DNA of 64,000 bases from a bacterium (GCA_965204535.1 OZ241996.1:1-64000); one strand, 5' to 3'. Positions 51,537 through 63,780 are shown, counted from the stretch's first letter. Program-made: numbers and translations. Notes: a model not told the origin generated them from the sequence alone.

Positions 51537-53459
51537 TCAGCCGATGATGCCGCCGTCGTCGCGGGTGATGGCGACCACGGCCGAGCGTGGCGTGGTGTCG
51601 CCGCCGTCCGGGAAATGGCTGTCGCCTCCCCGCTCGCCGGGGTGCTGTATGCCCACAAACATGGTCTTCCCGTCCGCGCTCCACTCGATGCCGGTGACCT
51701 CGCACTGCCTGGGTCCCACCATGAAGCGGCGTATCTCGCCCGTGACCGGGTCGCCCACGAGCATCTGGTTGTTGCCCTGGCCCGCGAAGCCTTTTGCGTT
51801 CTTGTAGTTGCCGTCGGTCTGAATCCACAGCATGCCGTTCCTGTCGAACGCGAGGCCGTCGGGCGAATTGAACATGTTATCGGGCGTCACGTTCTTTGAG
51901 CCCGCGTTCGGACCCTTGTGGACGGCGGGGTTGCCCGCGACGACGTATAAATCCCACGAAAAGGCGTTCGAGAGGTGGTCGCCCCCATCCGGCGCCCAGC
52001 GGACGATCTGCCCGTAGCGGTTCTTCGCGCGCGGATTGGGGCCGCCGACGGGGGTGGGGTCGCCGCCCTTGTTGGGCTTGACGCCGCGATTTTTATTATT
52101 GGTGAGGCAGCAGTAGACCTCCGCCTTCCTGGGGTTCGCCGCCACCCACTCGGCGCGGTCCATCGTGGTCGCCTTGACGGCCGAGGCCGCGACGCGCGTG
52201 TGGACGCAGACTTCCGCCTGAGAGGCCAGGCCTGTGGATTTCGGCGTGAGTTCCACCCACTCACCCTGGCCGTTTTCCGCGAATTTCGCCGCGTAGAGTT
52301 TGCCGTTCTCCAGGAGATTCGAGTTGTCGCCACCCTCGGCGTAGCGGCCCTCGCTCACGAACCTGTAGATGAACTCGCCGCGCTCATCATCCCCCATGTA
52401 GACCACCACCTGGCCGTTCGCGGCGAGCACGACTTCCGCGTTCTCGTGCTTGAAGCGCCCGAGTGCGGTGCGCTTTTTGGGGGTGGATTCGGGGTCGAGC
52501 GGGTCGATCTCGACGATGTAGCCAGCGCGATGAGGCTCATTCGGGTGTTTCGAGATATCGAAGCGCTCATCCGTCATCTCCCAGCGATACCCCCAATTCT
52601 TGGGGCCCACGCCTTAGCGCTTGAACTCGGGCGAAACCTTCACCTCGGGGTCGCTCGATGAGAAATAGCCGTGAAAATTCTCCTCGCACGATAGATACGT
52701 GCCCCACGGCGTCGCGCCGTTTCCGCAGTTGTTCCAGGTGCCGAGGCAGCGGGCGCCTTCCGGGTCGGCCGCCGTCTTCATCAGGGCGTGGCCCCGGGCG
52801 GGGCCGGTGACCTCCATCGGCGTGTCGGGCGTGATCTTCCGGTTGTAGGAGGAATCCTTGACGATCGACCACTCCCCGCCCTTCTGCGCAATCTCCATGA
52901 TCGACACCCCGTGCGCCGCCTTGTTCTTTCGCACGTCATCGGCCGTCGCGGGCTTTCCGCCGCCCTTCCCGCCGTGGATGATGCCGATGTTCGTATACTC
53001 GTTGTTGACGGCGAGGACGTTCCTGCCGCCGGCGCGAAAGAGCGACATGCCGTCGTTGTTGTCGCCGAAGGCGAGTTCCTGGCTCGCGCCCGTGCCGCGC
53101 GTCGCGTGGTCGAACTCGGGCCCGCGTGTCCACATGGGGTCGCCCCACCTGGCGACGACGTGCCAGCTGTAGCCCCTGGGCACGGTGACCGTGTCGCGCG
53201 TGCCTGCGGGCACGGCCTCGAAGCCGAAACGGTTCGCGTTCGCGAAAGCCGAGAGCGGGTCGAGCCCGCCCGCGCTCATGACGAACGCCGCAGCAGCAAG
53301 CGCGCCGCGGCCCAGGAAGCCGCGCCGGGACATCATCTTCTCCACCAGCTTTTCGAAATCCGTCTCCTCGTGACGCGGATAATGGATCTCGTCGAACTCA
53401 TCCGGTGAATACTCTTCGTGCGCGGCGAGCTGCGCTTCGCGCGTTACATCCTCGTGCAT
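51537..53459 (-). pseudogene. phoX: PhoX family alkaline phosphatase with an in-frame TAA at 52614-52616
   Basis: Tat motif SRRGFL, GDNNDG, NC..GATPWGTYLSCEEN, LGRFKHE, DRAE, SPDGL, IQHPG; the two ORFs share one frame. Confidence 0.9.
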
Positions 53460-53709
53460 CTCTCATCCCCCACTGTGTGAGATTCCAGAATAACGCATGG
53501 GCGCGCGAATGACGCGCCCGCATCATGCGATTTCGTCATCGGGGCGGATTATAACGGCCCGCCGTCGCGCGCACGTTACAAAATCGTGGAAAATTCATGA
53601 AAAACGGGAGGCGGCAAGAAGAACATAAGCGAGACTCACTATCCCCATGAAAGCCAATCGCAACTGATGAAGGAGCGATGGCGGAATGCCGATTGAAGAA
53701 TGGTGGGTT

Positions 53710-53767
53710 GTAGGGACAACCCCCCGTGGTTGTCCTCTCACGGACAGGCAAAGGGGCCTGTCCCTAC
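53710..53767. repeat. GTAG-REP doublet
   Basis: GTAGGGACAACCCCCCGTGGTTGTCC...GGACAGGCAAAGGGGCCTGTCCCTAC. Confidence 0.8.
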
Positions 53768-53809
53768 GGGTTCCCCGCAGCCCCGGGGCGCCAGCCGCGC
53801 CAGAATTGC

Positions 53810-54847
53810 TCAAGTCGATTCGAGCGCCGCCTCGACTTTTTTCGCCACCTCGGCCGGAACCCAGCCCTTCCAGACCTTGTTGGTCTTCAGGAAATGGATC
53901 GCGGTGACCTTCGCGTCGCCGCCGGCTTCTTTCTCGAGATAGGAGAGCACCCCCGAGACGACTTTCGAGGGGAGCGAGTATTTTTCGAGGAAGGCGACGA
54001 TCTCCGGATGCCTGGCCGCGAACTTCGCCGTGACCGTTTTGGGCAGCTCCATCGTCCGGTAGGCGACAGCCTTCTCGGGATTCCCCATGGCCTCCACCCC
54101 GCCCTTCTTGAGCGCGTTCACGTGCTTCATCATCGCGTCCCAGTCGGCCTCGTTCCACTTGGGTTCTTCGAGCTGGACGAGGTCGAGCTGGCCGAGCAGC
54201 GGCGTCGGCGCCCAGTAATAGGCGAGCACGGGTTTTTTCTTGAGATACGCGCCCTTGATGGCCGCCGCGAGCGCGCCGCCCGAGCCGGGCCGGAAATTCG
54301 TAAAATGTTTTTCCAGCCCGTAGGCGCGCAGCTTCACCGTGTTGATGACCTCGCACGCCCAGCCGGGAATGCAGTTCACGAAGCGGCCCTTGGAGGGTTC
54401 TTCCGGGTCTTTGAAGAGGTGCTTGTACTTCGCCAGGTCGTAGACCGTCTTCAAGCCGGGGTTCGCCTTCTGGACGAAGCGCGGGATGAACCAGCCCTGT
54501 ATGCTGTCTGGCGTGTTCACGCTCAGCTTCTTGACCTTGCCCTCCTTCTCCGCGAGGTCGTACTGATCCTTCGTGCTGTCGTACCAGAGCTCCATGATCA
54601 GGTCGTTCTTGCCCTCGTAGTGGGCCGCCATGGTCGGCAGCGTGCCGCCGTAGATGAGCCGCACCCGGCATCCGTAGCCGTGCTTCAGGATGAAGGCGGC
54701 CACCTGGCCGTGAAAGTTGGCGCTGTCCCAGTTGAGGTCGCCGATGCGGACCCTGCAGGCGGCTTCGGCCCTTCCAGGGAGGGAGGCGAACGTCGCCACT
54801 CCCAAGGTGGCGACAAAAACAAATATAATCAATGTCTTGCGCTTCAT
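53810..54847 (-). CDS. Glycine betaine/proline ABC substrate-binding protein (OpuAC/ProX-like)
   Basis: Signal peptide, LNWDSA, FKDPEEPSKGRF.NC.PGW.C, YYWAPT. Confidence 0.88.
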   Translation of the reverse strand: MKRKTLIIFVFVATLGVATFASLPGRAEAACRVRIGDLNWDSANFHGQVAAFILKHGYGCRVRLIYGGTLPTMAAHYEGKNDLIMELWYDSTKDQYDLAEKEGKVKKLSVNTPDSIQGWFIPRFVQKANPGLKTVYDLAKYKHLFKDPEEPSKGRFVNCIPGWACEVINTVKLRAYGLEKHFTNFRPGSGGALAAAIKGAYLKKKPVLAYYWAPTPLLGQLDLVQLEEPKWNEADWDAMMKHVNALKKGGVEAMGNPEKAVAYRTMELPKTVTAKFAARHPEIVAFLEKYSLPSKVVSGVLSYLEKEAGGDAKVTAIHFLKTNKVWKGWVPAEVAKKVEAALEST

Positions 54848-55142
54848 AACCTGTCTCCAAAGTTTAGATATTCAGGGCGGGATGATACGGGGTCTTGACC
54901 ATGAAAATATAGAACGCAGGCCCCGGAAGTCAAACCGGCGTGAGGAACAAGGGGGTGGCCTGCCGCAGAGGATAGGAGCGCTCCTCCCGCATGTGTCGAG
55001 GTCCTCCAAGCCGCCGGAATGACGAACCTGAACCACACTCCCCCTCCACGCCTTCCCAAGCGGGCGCGCAGGCTGTAGATTGGGTCTCGCCGAAAATTGT
55101 CGCGCACAACGCCATGAGAACGCCTCAAACCCCGGGAACCGG

Positions 55143-56027
55143 ATGAACCCCCAGCTCATCGCCGCATCCTACGCCATGTCCACCGCCGTGGTGTTCGCTA
55201 TCTTCAGCGTGTGCATCAGGAAGGGAGGCGAGCACGCCAACGCGCTCACGGGCGTCTTCATCGGCCTATTCACCTCGCTGCCCGTCATGCTCGCCGTCAC
55301 CTGGTACTACTGGGAGCCCGAGTGGTGGAACCTCCCGGCGTTTTTCTTCTTCTCGCTGGCGGGCCTCACGGGGCCGGCGATGTCGCGCGTGTTTCTCTAC
55401 TTGAGCATCTCCTATCTGGGCGTCGCGCGGGCGATGCCGTTCGTCTCGCTGACGCCCCTTTTCTCCACCTCGCTCGCCATCGCCTTCCTCGGCGAGCGGC
55501 CGGGCGCGCTCATCCTGGCGGGCACGCTCTTCATCGTCCTGGGCAGCGTTGCGCTCAGCTACAAGAAGACAGACGACACCTCATGGCAGCGAAAACACCT
55601 CTGGCTGGCGTTCTTCAGCGCCGTCGCCGCCGCGTTCTCGTTTCTGTTCCGAAAACTCGCCTTCGCCCACGTCGAGGCCCCCGTCATGGGCGCGACCCTC
55701 ACCACGCTGGCGGGGTTTCTCTTCCTCATCACCTTCATCCCCCTGTTTCCAAAAGACCAGAAACCGAACCAGTTCGACCGCCCCAAGGCCTGGTATATCT
55801 TCGGACTGTGCGGACTGCTGAACGCGCTCGGTTTTTTCCTGCATTTCACCGCCTTGAACATCGGCGATCTCTCGGTCGTCTCCCCACTCACCTCCACGGC
55901 GCCCGTCTTCAGCCTCATCATGAGCTACTTCCTGCTCAGGAGCGTGGAGCGCATCACGCCCGCCATCCTCGTTGGCACGGCCTGCATGGTGATAGGTGCT
56001 GCCCTCATCGGCTGGCGCATACGCTGA
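55143..56027 (+). CDS. DMT/EamA family transporter
   Basis: About 10 TM segments, PLFST..FLGER, VVSPL. Confidence 0.85.
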   Translation: MNPQLIAASYAMSTAVVFAIFSVCIRKGGEHANALTGVFIGLFTSLPVMLAVTWYYWEPEWWNLPAFFFFSLAGLTGPAMSRVFLYLSISYLGVARAMPFVSLTPLFSTSLAIAFLGERPGALILAGTLFIVLGSVALSYKKTDDTSWQRKHLWLAFFSAVAAAFSFLFRKLAFAHVEAPVMGATLTTLAGFLFLITFIPLFPKDQKPNQFDRPKAWYIFGLCGLLNALGFFLHFTALNIGDLSVVSPLTSTAPVFSLIMSYFLLRSVERITPAILVGTACMVIGAALIGWRIR

Positions 56028-56048
56028 GAAACAAGATATCGGAGAAGC

Positions 56049-56347
56049 GTAGGGACAGGTCTCCGTGCCTGTCCGGTGTTCGCTTTTGATTGTCATTCCG
56101 GCGCATGCCGGAATCCAGGGATTATGTTTTTGAATTTGTGTTTTCGCTCTATTATTTTTCATGGTTGTCCTGCGATTTGAAATCCTCATCTGTCCTGGAT
56201 TCCGGCATGCGCCGGAATGACGGCAATCTGCCGTATCCGGATCGTAAGGACAGGCACGGGGGGCAGGGCGACCACAGGGGGTCGCCCCTACGCGCATCTC
56301 GTGTATTGAAATGAAACTGCAGGGACGGGTCCGCGACCTGTCCCTGC
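56049..56347. repeat. REP cluster enclosing an element with 28-bp inverted repeats (56092-56221)
   Basis: GTCATTCCGGCGCATGCCGGAATCCAGG / CCTGGATTCCGGCATGCGCCGGAATGAC, flanked by GTAG/CTAC hairpins. Confidence 0.8.
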
Positions 56348-56565
56348 GGAAAGCGGATGGGTTTGCGGAGGAGAACCCGCGTATCGGCCTTTATTTCTCC
56401 CCGCGTCAGGCGCGAAAAAACATCCCGCAACGATAAAATTTCCGCTAGAATGGTTCATGCGCGCCGTGGGGGAGAAAGTGTGCGCGCACACAGGCCGCCT
56501 CTTGTCCCCCCTGTCTTGCGCGAAAAACCGGCGGGGCCGAAATTGAAGGGAAGGAGGGTCGGCCG

Positions 56566-57798
56566 ATGATGATGTTTCGATTCTCGCTATACGGCTTCCT
56601 CAAGAACCAGACCTATTTCGAGCCCTTCCTCATCCTCGCCTTCCTGGAAAAAGACCTCTCCTTCTTCCAGATCGGGATTCTCATCGGCTTCCGCGAGGTG
56701 TGCATCAACATCTTCGAGATCCCCAGCGGCGCGGTGGCCGACATTTACGGCAGAAGGCGCTCGATGATCTTCTCGTTCCTGGCCTACATCGCCTCGTTCC
56801 TCGTCTTCGCCTGGTCGACCTCCTTCGCCGCCCTGTTCCTCGCCATGTTCGCCTTCGCCCTGGGCGATTCGTTCCGCACGGGCACGCACAAGGCGATGAT
56901 CTTCGAGTGGCTGAGAATCCAGGGCCGCGAGAAAGAACGCACCCGCGTCTACGGGTTCACGCGCTCGTGGTCGAAGATAGGCTCGGCCGTCTCGGTCGTG
57001 GTCGCGAGCGCGTTCATCTTCACAGGGGCGCGCTACAGCGACATCTTCCTGCTCGCCGTCATCCCCTATGCGCTGAACGTCGTGAACTTCATGGGCTACC
57101 CCACCGAACTCGAAGGCGCACGCTCCCCGGACGCGAAAATCCCGGGCGTCTGGGAACACCTCAAGAACTCCATGCACACGGCGTTCAGCGACAAGCCGCT
57201 GCGCGGCATCCTGGTGGAAGCGATGAGCTACGAGGGCACCTACAAGGTCGCCAAGGACTACATCCAGCCAGTCATCAAGCAGGCCGCCCTGGGTCTCGCC
57301 CTCCTCGCCGCCTGGCAGCAGCACCAGCGCGTGGCGGTTCTGGTGGGGGCGGCCTACTTCGTCCTGCACCTTCTCTCGAGCTTCGCCTCACGCGGGGGAC
57401 ACCGCCTCGTCGCCTCGGCGGGGTCCGAGGAAGCCGCCGCGAAATCGCTCTGGGGCGCCACCGCCCTCGTCTACGCCACGCTCGCCTGGGGGCTCTGGAC
57501 GGGCTGGGAGTTCATCGTCATCGCGGGCTTCGTCGTTCTGGCCGTGCTGCAGAACTTCTGGCGGCCCGTGCTCATCAGCCGCATCGACGCCCACAGCACG
57601 CCCGAGGCGGGCGCGACGATACTTTCGGTGGAATCGCAGGGCAAATCCGTCCTCGCGATGGGCCTCGCCCCCCTCATCGGCCTCTGCGTGGACGCCTTCG
57701 GCCTCGTGGGGATGAGCGTCGTCGCGCTGCTGATCGCCGCGCCCTTCGCCCTCACGAGCCTCGGCGGCACGCGAGAACGGGCGGTTCACCAGCCCTAG
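56566..57798 (+). CDS. MFS transporter
   Basis: EIPSGAVADIYGRR motif A, FRTGTHKA; AGGAGG RBS. Confidence 0.88.
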   Translation: MMMFRFSLYGFLKNQTYFEPFLILAFLEKDLSFFQIGILIGFREVCINIFEIPSGAVADIYGRRRSMIFSFLAYIASFLVFAWSTSFAALFLAMFAFALGDSFRTGTHKAMIFEWLRIQGREKERTRVYGFTRSWSKIGSAVSVVVASAFIFTGARYSDIFLLAVIPYALNVVNFMGYPTELEGARSPDAKIPGVWEHLKNSMHTAFSDKPLRGILVEAMSYEGTYKVAKDYIQPVIKQAALGLALLAAWQQHQRVAVLVGAAYFVLHLLSSFASRGGHRLVASAGSEEAAAKSLWGATALVYATLAWGLWTGWEFIVIAGFVVLAVLQNFWRPVLISRIDAHSTPEAGATILSVESQGKSVLAMGLAPLIGLCVDAFGLVGMSVVALLIAAPFALTSLGGTRERAVHQP

Positions 57799-57915
57799 GC
57801 TCCATCTTCCCCGGACGAACCGAACCGCTCAAATGCTTGGATCCACCCGGAATGAAATGATAGAGTCCAAGGAAACACCACGGATTAGAAATTCCCTCTG
57901 GAGAAAAACACGGAC

Positions 57916-58653
57916 ATGCCCGGTTTGTTCGACGGCGCTGAAAGCATGGAGGACATCGGGGAAATATACGCCAGGATAAAGGCCAACTGCCCTGCTCCCT
58001 TCTCCAACTCCCAGAAACTCTGGGAGCTTCGATGCGCCTGTGACATTTCTTCTCATAGTGAAAACCAGGAGACAATGTTAGAGAAAGCCGTAGCCATGCT
58101 GGCTCACAACGGCTATATGCGCGGATGGTTCAACCAGTGTCCGACCGCTTCGGGGATTGGCGATTCGTCTCGAAACAGAAAAAGCAGCGTCGACCTCGTT
58201 CACTGGGACACAGTAAACGAACGTGTCCGTCTGGTCGAGTTGAAAACCACGAGCAATGACCCGCTCTATGCGCTAAGAGAAATTCTCCGTTACGGCACAG
58301 CATACGTCTTTTGCCGAATCTACAAAGATAAACTGCACCTGCAGGATCGACCCTTGATGAAGGCAAAACACGTCTCACTTGAAGTCGCCGCGCCCGCCTG
58401 TTTTTATCAAAATTCCCATGACCTTGAAGATACGCTCACGAGGATATGTGAATTTTTGGACAAATTCGACGTCGGCTCCAGGATCGATGGATTGACAATG
58501 TCTCTGGACGCGCTCGCCTTTCCAGAGGATTTCAAGTTACCGTTCAAGAATGGAGAAGAAGTCAAGCAAAAGTGCAACCCTTATTCCGAACGCTTGACGG
58601 CCGAGGGTCGGATTGTCCGGGACGCGTTCAATGGTTTAAGTTCGGTTGTATGA
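57916..58653 (+). CDS. Hypothetical protein, possible PD-(D/E)xK nuclease fold
   Basis: SVDLV...LVELK...ALREILRYG; lower GC than neighbours. Confidence 0.55.
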   Translation: MPGLFDGAESMEDIGEIYARIKANCPAPFSNSQKLWELRCACDISSHSENQETMLEKAVAMLAHNGYMRGWFNQCPTASGIGDSSRNRKSSVDLVHWDTVNERVRLVELKTTSNDPLYALREILRYGTAYVFCRIYKDKLHLQDRPLMKAKHVSLEVAAPACFYQNSHDLEDTLTRICEFLDKFDVGSRIDGLTMSLDALAFPEDFKLPFKNGEEVKQKCNPYSERLTAEGRIVRDAFNGLSSVV

Positions 58654-58717
58654 GAAAGATACTAAATAACCGACGGATTTTCGCGCGGCGGCCTGCGCCG
58701 CCCGTCAGGAGCGCGAC

Positions 58718-59899
58718 GTGAACGACGCCGACAATCGAGACGATTTGGGCATCACCCTCGGGGTCGAGGAGGAATTCTTTCTCGTCGACCCCGAATCGCG
58801 CGACCTCATCGCCGACCCCGCGCCGGAGATATTCGAAGCCTGCGAAGCCCGGATCGGCCCCCACAAGGTCACGCGGGAGGCGCTTCGCCCCCAGATTGAG
58901 ACGAACACGCGGGTGTGCGCGTCGGTGGCCGAGGCGCGCGAGGCGCTGCGCGAGACCCGGCGGGTCGTCATCGAGGCGGCGGAGGCGCACGGGGCGGCGG
59001 TGCTGGCCGCCTCCACACATCCCTTCGCGCAGTGGCGGGAGCTGGCGGTCACGCCCAAGGAGCGATACAGGCGCTTCGAGGTGACTTTCCAGGAGACCCT
59101 GCGCCGCCTGGTCATCGGCGGAATGCACGTCCACGCGGGCTTCGGCGACCCCGAATCGCGCATCCGGGTCATGACGGCCATGCGCCGCTATCTGCCCGCG
59201 CTCCACGCGCTCTCCACCTCCTCGCCCTTCAACGGCGGGCACGACACGGGCTACAAATCCTACCGTCTGAACCTCATCGGCGGACTCCCGCGCACCAGCC
59301 TGCCCGGCCCGCTGCGCTCCCGGGTGGAGTATGAGGAGATCATCGCGGAGTATCGGCGAATGAACTTCATCGAGAACGGCAGCGAACTCTGGTGGGACAT
59401 CCGCCCCGCCCACGCCTTCCCGACGGTGGAGCTTCGCATCTGCGACATCTGCCCCAGGATCGAGGACGCCGTCTGCATCGCGGCGCTCTACGCCTCTCTC
59501 CTCAGGCGGCTCATGCGCCTGGACGAAGAGGGCGCGCTGCCACCCGAGCCGCTCACCGAGATCATCGCGGAGAACCGCTGGGTCGCCCAACGATACGGAA
59601 CGCTCGCCTTCTTCGGCGATACGACGCGTGAGAACGCGCGGGTGGACATCGACGACTTCATGCACGAACTCGTCGAGACGCTCGCGCCCGACGCCCGCGC
59701 GTTGGGTTGCGAGGCCGAAACCCGCCACGCGCTCGCCATCATCCGCGAGGGCAGCGGCGCGGACCGCCAGGTCGACCTCTACCGCCTGCGCCGCCTGGAA
59801 GGCGACACGGACGAGGAAGCACTCCGCCGCGTGGTGGACCTGGTGCTCGCCGAAACCAAGGAGGGGCTGTGGGAATCCTTCGGTGAAACCTTCGGTTGA
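58718..59899 (+). CDS. ybdK: Carboxylate-amine ligase (glutamate-cysteine ligase 2, YbdK family)
   Basis: TLGVEEEF, ASTHPF, GMHVHAG, SSPF, WWDIRP, TVELRICD. Confidence 0.92.
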   Translation: MNDADNRDDLGITLGVEEEFFLVDPESRDLIADPAPEIFEACEARIGPHKVTREALRPQIETNTRVCASVAEAREALRETRRVVIEAAEAHGAAVLAASTHPFAQWRELAVTPKERYRRFEVTFQETLRRLVIGGMHVHAGFGDPESRIRVMTAMRRYLPALHALSTSSPFNGGHDTGYKSYRLNLIGGLPRTSLPGPLRSRVEYEEIIAEYRRMNFIENGSELWWDIRPAHAFPTVELRICDICPRIEDAVCIAALYASLLRRLMRLDEEGALPPEPLTEIIAENRWVAQRYGTLAFFGDTTRENARVDIDDFMHELVETLAPDARALGCEAETRHALAIIREGSGADRQVDLYRLRRLEGDTDEEALRRVVDLVLAETKEGLWESFGETFG

Positions 59900-59974
59900 G
59901 AAGACCGCGCCTGGCGCGGCGCAAGTCCGTCATGGATTCCGTCCCACAAAAGTGCATGTATTGACACGGATGAC

Positions 59975-60003
59975 TTGACACACGACCAAATTCGTGTAAA
60001 TAT
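59975..60003 (+). promoter_or_regulatory. hicAB promoter/operator
   Basis: TTGACA at 59975; inverted repeat ACACGA-6-TCGTGT at 59980-59997. Confidence 0.55.
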
Positions 60004-60026
60004 ATGCACGCACAAAGGGTAATGCA

Positions 60027-60221
60027 ATACCAATAGAAACCAACAGAAACAAAATCAAGCGCAGGTTGGAAAGGGACGGCTGGTATCTCTCACGCCACGG
60101 CTCCAACCACGATATCTATAGGCACCCGAGCAAAAGCGGCACGATTACGCTGCCGCGCCACCGGACGCTGACGCCAGGTGCCGCCCGTACGATTGCCGCA
60201 CGAGCCGGATGGATAGACTAG
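60027..60221 (+). CDS. hicA: HicA family toxin with no canonical start codon (ATA at 60027)
   Basis: Hand translation: (I)PIETNRNKIKRRLERDGWYLSRHGSNHDIYRHP...LPRH..AGWID*; absent from the ORF track. Confidence 0.8.
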   Translation: MPIETNRNKIKRRLERDGWYLSRHGSNHDIYRHPSKSGTITLPRHRTLTPGAARTIAARAGWID

Positions 60222-60233
60222 GAGGGCACGGCC

Positions 60234-60620
60234 ATGTCCCGATACCCCGCATTGATCGATGGTGAGGAAGGCGCATACGGCGTCATCTTCCCTGATCTTC
60301 CCGGCATTGCCGCCATGGGCAAGACCCTGGATGAGGCGCTCGTCAACGCCGAGGAAGCGTTGCGCGACTACGTGATTGAGGCGGAAAAGCACGACGAGGA
60401 GGTTGTCGCTCCGACCGCCATCGAAAACGTAGACACCCCAACCGGGTGCGCGCTCGTCTCCATTCCGATGATTCGCCTCTCGGGACGCAGCGTCCGCGCC
60501 AACCTGTCGCTCGATGAGGGTGTCGCCGCTTTTATCGACGGCGAAGCCGCCAGGCGCGGGATGACGCGCACGGCCTACGTCGAATGGATGGCGCGTCGCG
60601 TCGCGCAGATGGGGGGGTAG
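60234..60620 (+). CDS. hicB: HicB family antitoxin
   Basis: YGVIFPDLPG..GKTLDEA..NAEEAL; RHH-like RANLSLD..GMTR; AGGAGG RBS. Confidence 0.93.
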   Translation: MSRYPALIDGEEGAYGVIFPDLPGIAAMGKTLDEALVNAEEALRDYVIEAEKHDEEVVAPTAIENVDTPTGCALVSIPMIRLSGRSVRANLSLDEGVAAFIDGEAARRGMTRTAYVEWMARRVAQMGG

Positions 60621-60664
60621 CGTCGCGCTCGAAAAGAACAGCCCGCATGGCGGATTCCCCACCC

Positions 60665-60812
60665 GTCATTCCAGCGCATGCCGGAATGACGAACCCAGGC
60701 AAAAGTTCTGTGATTCGGCGTAGGGGTCAGACATATATGTCTGACTATGTGTTCTCCCGTTTTTCCGAGTTCTCGTCCGATCGATTGGGCGGACACTTGG
60801 GTCCGCCCCTAC
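60665..60812. repeat. REP cluster
   Basis: GTCATTCC..GGAATGAC hairpin; GTAGGGGTCAGACATATATGTCTGAC (also at 3387); GGGCGGAC..GTCCGCCCCTAC. Confidence 0.8.
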
Positions 60813-60953
60813 GTGTCGCTCCCGATTGATGAGGCTTATTCGACAGACCCCGTTTCGCATTGACCGCTTAAGTCAAAACAAACTAGACTGACTCCATCCA
60901 CCAGACATGGCGGGCCTGTGGCCCGGTTCTCCGCGCAAGACGGGAAGCCAATC

Positions 60954-61444
60954 GTGCGAAACATCGAACGAAATCTCTCCTGGATTCTTCTCCTTTCGCT
61001 CACCTTGATGCTCACCGCCCAGGTCATCGCGCGCTACATCTTCTTCACCTCGATCAGCTGGATCGAGGAGTTCTCGCGCATCGTCTTCATCTGGTTCATC
61101 TACCTGACGATCAGCTGGATCATCCTGCAGGGACGACACATCCGCGTGAACGCGATCGCGATGATAACGCCCGCCTCCTGGGCGCGTCCGATAGTCTTTT
61201 TCTCCGACTGCCTGTGGATGCTCTTCAACGTCCTGATGACGTATTACGGCTATCTTTTCGTGAAAAGCGAAATCGACGTTTGGTCGGAGACCGACATTCT
61301 CCAGATACCCGAAGCCGCCGTTCACGCGATCATCCCCATCGGGTTCGGGCTGATGACCATACGCCTCGCCCAGTATATGTACCGCGTCTACGTGATAGGC
61401 GGACCCGAAGTGGTCTATGAGGTCGAAAAGCAGGAGGAAGAGCG

Positions 61445-61448
<4 letters not shown>
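60954..61448 (+). CDS. dctQ: TRAP transporter small permease
   Basis: QVIARY, WIEEFSR, HIRVN; start uncertain. Confidence 0.9.
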
Positions 61449-62731
<1,283 letters not shown>

Positions 62732-62756
62732 GGAGCTAACCCAAAGGAGGCAAGAC

Positions 62757-63770
62757 ATGCGACATCTGAAAAAAGGTTTTACGGTGATGGTGGGCGTCAT
62801 CCTCATCGCGGGACTCGTCGGCTTCGCCACTTCTAAGGCCGAGGCCGCCAAGTACGTGATGAAGTTCGCCCACAACAACCCGCCCAAGCCGCAGCTTCTC
62901 TATCAGGCCGCGGCCCTGACCATGCAGAAGAACCTGCAGGTCTACTCCAAGGGGAACATCGACATCCAGATTTTCCCCTCCTCCCAGCTCGGCAAGGACC
63001 GCGTCGCTGCGAAAAAGGTGCAGCTCGGCTCGGTGCAGATGCAGATCGTGGCGTCCAACAACATCACGGCCTTCGACAGGCGGCTCGACATCTTCACCCT
63101 GCCCTTCATGTTCGGCAGCTTCAAGGGCGCGGCGAAAGTGTTCAACAGCGACATCGGTCAGACCATCGGGGAGAATTTCCGCAAGAAATCGGGCATCCGC
63201 GTGCTGGGCTTCATCGCCACGGGCTTCCGGAACATGATGAACAGCAAACACCCCATCATGAAGCCTGCCGACCTGGGCGACCTTCGCATGCGGATCGCGA
63301 AAAACCCCATCATGGTGCAGACCTACAAGGCGCTCGGCGGCAGCACCATCGGCATGGCGCCGACGGAGCTGTTCAGCGCGCTCAGCACCAAGACGGTGGA
63401 CGGCCACGACGGCGGCTCGAGCTGGGCTTGGGCCATGAAGCTTTATGAAGTGCAGAAATTCCTCTCCATCACCCGGCACCAGCTCGTGGCGGGCGCGCTC
63501 ATCATGAACGACAAGTATTACAACAAGCTGCCCAAGGACATGCAGAAGGCCGTTCTGATGGCGGCGCGCGACACCATCGCCTGGGCGAACGCCTACGCGG
63601 AAGAGAACGAAAAAGACATCATGAAAGGGTTTTCGGCGAAGGGGCTCACGATCGCCACGCCCGATCTCAAGCCCTTCCGCGAGGCCGTACGACCCGTGCA
63701 CAAGATGTTCGCCGACAAGGTGGGCGGCATCGAGTTGATCAACCGCATCCTGAAGATGCAGGAAGGCTAG
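62757..63770 (+). CDS. dctP: TRAP substrate-binding protein
   Basis: Signal peptide, FPSSQLG, LPFMF, GFRNM, LRMR. Confidence 0.93.
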   Translation: MRHLKKGFTVMVGVILIAGLVGFATSKAEAAKYVMKFAHNNPPKPQLLYQAAALTMQKNLQVYSKGNIDIQIFPSSQLGKDRVAAKKVQLGSVQMQIVASNNITAFDRRLDIFTLPFMFGSFKGAAKVFNSDIGQTIGENFRKKSGIRVLGFIATGFRNMMNSKHPIMKPADLGDLRMRIAKNPIMVQTYKALGGSTIGMAPTELFSALSTKTVDGHDGGSSWAWAMKLYEVQKFLSITRHQLVAGALIMNDKYYNKLPKDMQKAVLMAARDTIAWANAYAEENEKDIMKGFSAKGLTIATPDLKPFREAVRPVHKMFADKVGGIELINRILKMQEG

Positions 63771-63780
63771 TCAACCATAG

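Noticed and set aside
52614-52616. Selenocysteine or pyrrolysine recoding in phoX
   Set aside because: The codon is TAA, not TGA or TAG, and TAA terminates many other genes here
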